From Camelus dromedarius (Eukaryota), in the NCBI RefSeq assembly GCF_036321535.1, contig NC_087437.1, forward strand, positions 108,750,001 through 108,814,000: a stretch of 64,000 nucleotides of DNA, in the 5' to 3' direction. A program made the translations under genes and the position numbers. This document shows, piece by piece, positions 59,141 through 64,000 of this stretch. The notes below the pieces were generated by a model, which had not been told where the DNA came from, did not search any database, and saw nothing but the letters and a program-made list of their open reading frames with translations. Each line of letters starts with the position of its first letter. The first letter of the stretch is position 1.

Positions 59141-59263
59141 CAGGGGTGGGGGCTGGAGGGTGGGTATAGCTCAGTGGTAGAGTGCATGCTTAGCATGCAC
59201 GAGGTCCTGGGTTCAATCCCCAGTACCTCCAATCAATTAATTAATTAATTAATTAATTAATTA
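59141..59263 (+). mobile_element. tRNA-Ala-derived SINE (Vic-1-like) with (AATT)n tail
   Basis: Near-consensus tRNA-Ala(AGC) head at 59160-59231 followed by a TAAT/AATT microsatellite tail. Confidence 0.85.
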
Positions 59264-60310
59264 GACAGCTCTGTCTTGGAAGAAAACCTGTAAAGTTACA
59301 TTATTGTAGCCTATGTTTTTATATTACACTTACAATCTATATATTGGTACATAGCAATGTATTATTAAAATAACGTACAAAAACTAAAAAAAGTTTTAGT
59401 AGTTGAGACCTGCTAAAAGTAACATGTGCATCATCTGATCCCTCTGGTGGCCTCTAGGGATGTTAGTCTCATGTTCTGTGAGATATTTCATCCAAATCTG
59501 AAGTGGCAGGGGGAAATCAGAAACAAAATGAACAGCTGACCCATCTGGCTGTGTGGTAGCAGTAGAGGAAAGACTGGCATTTCCAGGGCAACTGAAGGGC
59601 AGTGGGGAGGTGGGCAGCAGGAAGGAACTCTCAGGAGGCACATAAGGTTTGCATTCAATATAGGCAATGTACTATGAGTACCATTTGGATTCTTATTTGT
59701 GTTTATGTTTAAGATCTATCCACATTGCCTTGTTAGTTTCTTTTGATTTCTACCTAGTATTGGATAATACGTAGCATAATGTACTTACTGATTCACTTAG
59801 TGATGGGCACATAGGTTGCCTCCAACATTTTACTGAGATAAACAATGCATTGTGTCCCCTCCACCCCATTCCTCTAACCAAGTCTGACTCCAAGGAATAC
59901 TCAACACATGGTACCAACCTGAGTGCTGGCAATTAGTAAATATTTAATAAGCACTTTTGGGACTGATTTATGGAGGGCCTCAAAAACCAGATAGTGTGTT
60001 GATTTGATTATAGGTCAATTTGCTGAAAATAGATTTACAAAAAGTCATTTCCACAATGAAAACCCTGTCCAAATCCAATTTGCCAAAAACGAATGCTCTT
60101 AATTACCAATTTGATGAATAGTTGGGCCTTGTTAAAAAGTTTGAGCTCTGCTTGTGCTTCAGAGCCTTCTGTGAGGCAAGCCAAGGGGCAGAGTGTAAGT
60201 ATACAGAAATAGAGATAAACTGCAAACTCCAATTTAAGAAAAATTTCCCCTATCTTTCTATTAAATGGCTGGGGTAGATGCAAAACTAATGCTTTGAGAA
60301 AAAGCTCTTC

Positions 60311-60725
60311 ATCAAGCTGGCTTTCCACTGCTAGTAACAGGCAAAGAAATACAAATAAAACTGGTTTTATTTCATAATAAGCTGTCTAGAGATAGGCAGG
60401 GGCTGGTGTTGGGTCAGTAGCTCAACAACATGAAGACTGGCATCTCTGTGGCTCTCTTGACCCTTCCTTCCCTCCTGGTTGAAAGGACTACTGCAGATTC
60501 AGCCATCACTTTGGTGTGTGTGACAGAGAGGGAAGAGGTGTCCTGACTGCATCAATCATTTTAATCAGGAAAACAAAAGTTTTCCCAGAAGTTCCTTGGC
60601 CAAAGCTGTGTCCCTAGGCCACCCTAGCTGCAAGAGAGGCTGAGAGAGTGAGCATTTATCCTTTCCAGCTTCTTTAGTGGCAGCAGATAGAGAAGGGGGT
60701 TGAGAATAGGTGGCAATTTGGACCA
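60311..60725 (-). mobile_element. MaLR solo LTR (MLT1-like)
   Basis: CTGCTAGTAACAG...TTTATTTC...GATAGGCAG...TTCCCAGAAG...TGGCCAAAGCTGTGTC...GGCCACCCTAGCTGCAAGAGAGGCTGAGA pattern. Confidence 0.65.
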
Positions 60726-61014
60726 CCAATATTATCTTCCTCAAATATAATTAACCTCTCTTTCAAAATAAGTAGTTTATATGTTGAGAAATTTCTATCA
60801 ACAATTTTAAGATTATAATTTAAAATTCACTTCTTCATTCAGTCATGACATATTTTTAACACATGTATTTCAGCTATACTACTTTTCCTCTTTTTTCCCC
60901 CATAACATTCTAGAATGGAACTGAAGTAAAATGACTTAATCTTTCAAGAAAGAGTGGGGAAAAAATCAAAAGACTAACAGTGACAAAACGCTTTTCAACT
61001 ACTCCTCTGCTCAG

Positions 61015-61374
<360 letters not shown>

Positions 61375-61738
61375 TCATATAGATTTTATTTTAATCAAAT
61401 GTGATCCTGGTCATTATCCCATCCCCAAACTCATTTATTGGTATTATCACTGCCTCATATCAGCATTTTAGAAGTGTGGAAATTGCTGAATCTCAGCCTC
61501 CCGAAAGGACTTCTCAGAAACTCATTTAGGATATCACTGGATAAATGAGATTAGAAATCCCCTTGGTTCACAACTTACAGCATCGCTAAGATGAGGGAAG
61601 AATCAGATCCCTAGAAATGGAGGGGATGGCAGACAGCATCTTGGGCAAGGGCTCAATTTAACATCTATCTACAGAACATCTCCTATGTGCATTGTGTCAG
61701 GCAAGGGGAGTGATGCTGACCATATGTGAGTAGTTTTA

Positions 61739-62254
<516 letters not shown>

Positions 62255-62319
62255 TTAAATCAATTTTCTTAGAACAGAAAACAAACTTGCTTTTATTCTA
62301 AGATTCATTTTGACCTCTA

Positions 62320-62478
<159 letters not shown>

Positions 62479-62481
62479 TCA

Positions 62482-62832
<351 letters not shown>

Positions 62833-63249
62833 TCACAAAATATGAAATGTAGTCATTTTCCTGTTATTCTACTTTCAGATGTAATATGCTGAGGACTCAA
62901 ATGATGGGACAATCCAATGAGAGCCATAAAACCCTCATAACAACCAGGCACCAAATTCCTCAGGATAGAGGTAGTTGGTGTGGCATCTTGAGCTACCACA
63001 GTGAGCAATTTCACTGAAGTAAACTAACTGTGTAGTCAAAAGCCACATCAATGATACAACTAGGAATGAAGCTCTGTTACCTTGGAAACATAGAATGAAA
63101 AGAATAAGTAAGAGAGAGAGTTAAGTGGATGGTTAATTTTTTTTCTCTCTTAATGTCCATTAGCTTCTAAAAAGCAGAAGAATGTGAAAAAGAGAAAATA
63201 AAGGCTAATTATCCCACAGCTCAAGTACACAATTATAAAATTCAAATGG

Positions 63250-64000
63250 TAGAGAAAGTTTAAAAGAATGTCTTTCTGGCTGGTGAGCATTTCCCCATCT
63301 GTCTAAGTCCCCAATCTAAGGAAGAGTTGTTGGTGTTTTGGAAACAGAACATTTTAAGCATTACACATATACATGTATGGGAAATACATGCTGGTATAAT
63401 GTGTAAATACATGTACAGACTGAAATATATAATTAAAATGTATCTGCAAGAGATCATATATACACATATTTTTCCTCTACTTCCTACCCCTCTTCTCCCC
63501 CAAGTATATTTTGGATATTTATTCACTGTCAGCATGTAGTGATCTATCTTACTACATTCTTTATAGTGGTTTACTGTCATGCTGAATCATATAGATATGT
63601 CATAATTTAATGCATTCTTTACCTATTGTTGGGCACTTGGGTTGTTTCCACATGTTTGCTATTATGTACAATTCTACAATGGAAGTTTGTGTATGTATAT
63701 ATACAGAGTTCAGTGAACTGTGAATACTGCTTATTCAAGGGATAAGTTTGTAGAGATGGCTTGTTGGATCAACAGGTACAATATTTTAAGATATTGCCTA
63801 GCCGCCTTCCAGAAAGTTATTACATGGAAGTTTAAAATTTTTACATAGTCCCCCCTTTAAAAAAAAGTCTAAATACATAATCTTTTTAGGGTGTTTTATA
63901 TCTGTGTGTGTCATTTGTGAGTTTTTATTTTTAAGGAGGCAAACTCACCAGCCTTTTCTGGACTTCTGGACTTTGAATCTTTGTTAAAAAAGTCTTCCCC
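63250..64000 (-). mobile_element. Old L1 remnant in RWDD2B intron 1
   Basis: CCTATTGTTGGGCACTTGGGTTGTTTCCA...GCTATTATG; TTGTTGGATCAACAGGTA. Confidence 0.55.

Noticed and set aside
14578..59263. Calling the tRNA-like copies functional tRNA-Ala genes
   Set aside because: They have G-rich 5' extensions, A/AAAT tails, TSDs and stem mismatches typical of SINEs.

Overview
Mammalian genomic DNA, most likely camelid (alpaca/camel-like), judged from nine tRNA-Ala-derived SINEs of the Vic-1 type. The window holds the complete LTN1 gene (listerin, the RQC E3 ubiquitin ligase) on the minus strand. I reconstructed 30 coding exons by hand from ATG 53702 to TGA 4340: 5298 nt, 1765 aa plus stop, phase-consistent at every junction, with two GC-AG introns (2 and 22). 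It also holds the LTN1 CpG-island promoter and the last four exons of RWDD2B (minus strand, 61015-62735; exon 1 lies beyond the window). The rest is intronic and intergenic sequence rich in L1, L2, MIR, DNA-transposon and LTR remnants. I found no convincing novel multi-gene system. The most interesting unexplained items are an orphan CpG-rich promoter-like element between LTN1 and RWDD2B (~57500-58460), an inverted SINE pair bracketing LTN1 exons 7-8 (circRNA/skipping candidate), an LTR-borne poly(A) signal behind RWDD2B, and an in-frame upstream ATG of LTN1. Repeat family names and human/mouse comparisons are from memory and need RepeatMasker or alignment confirmation.
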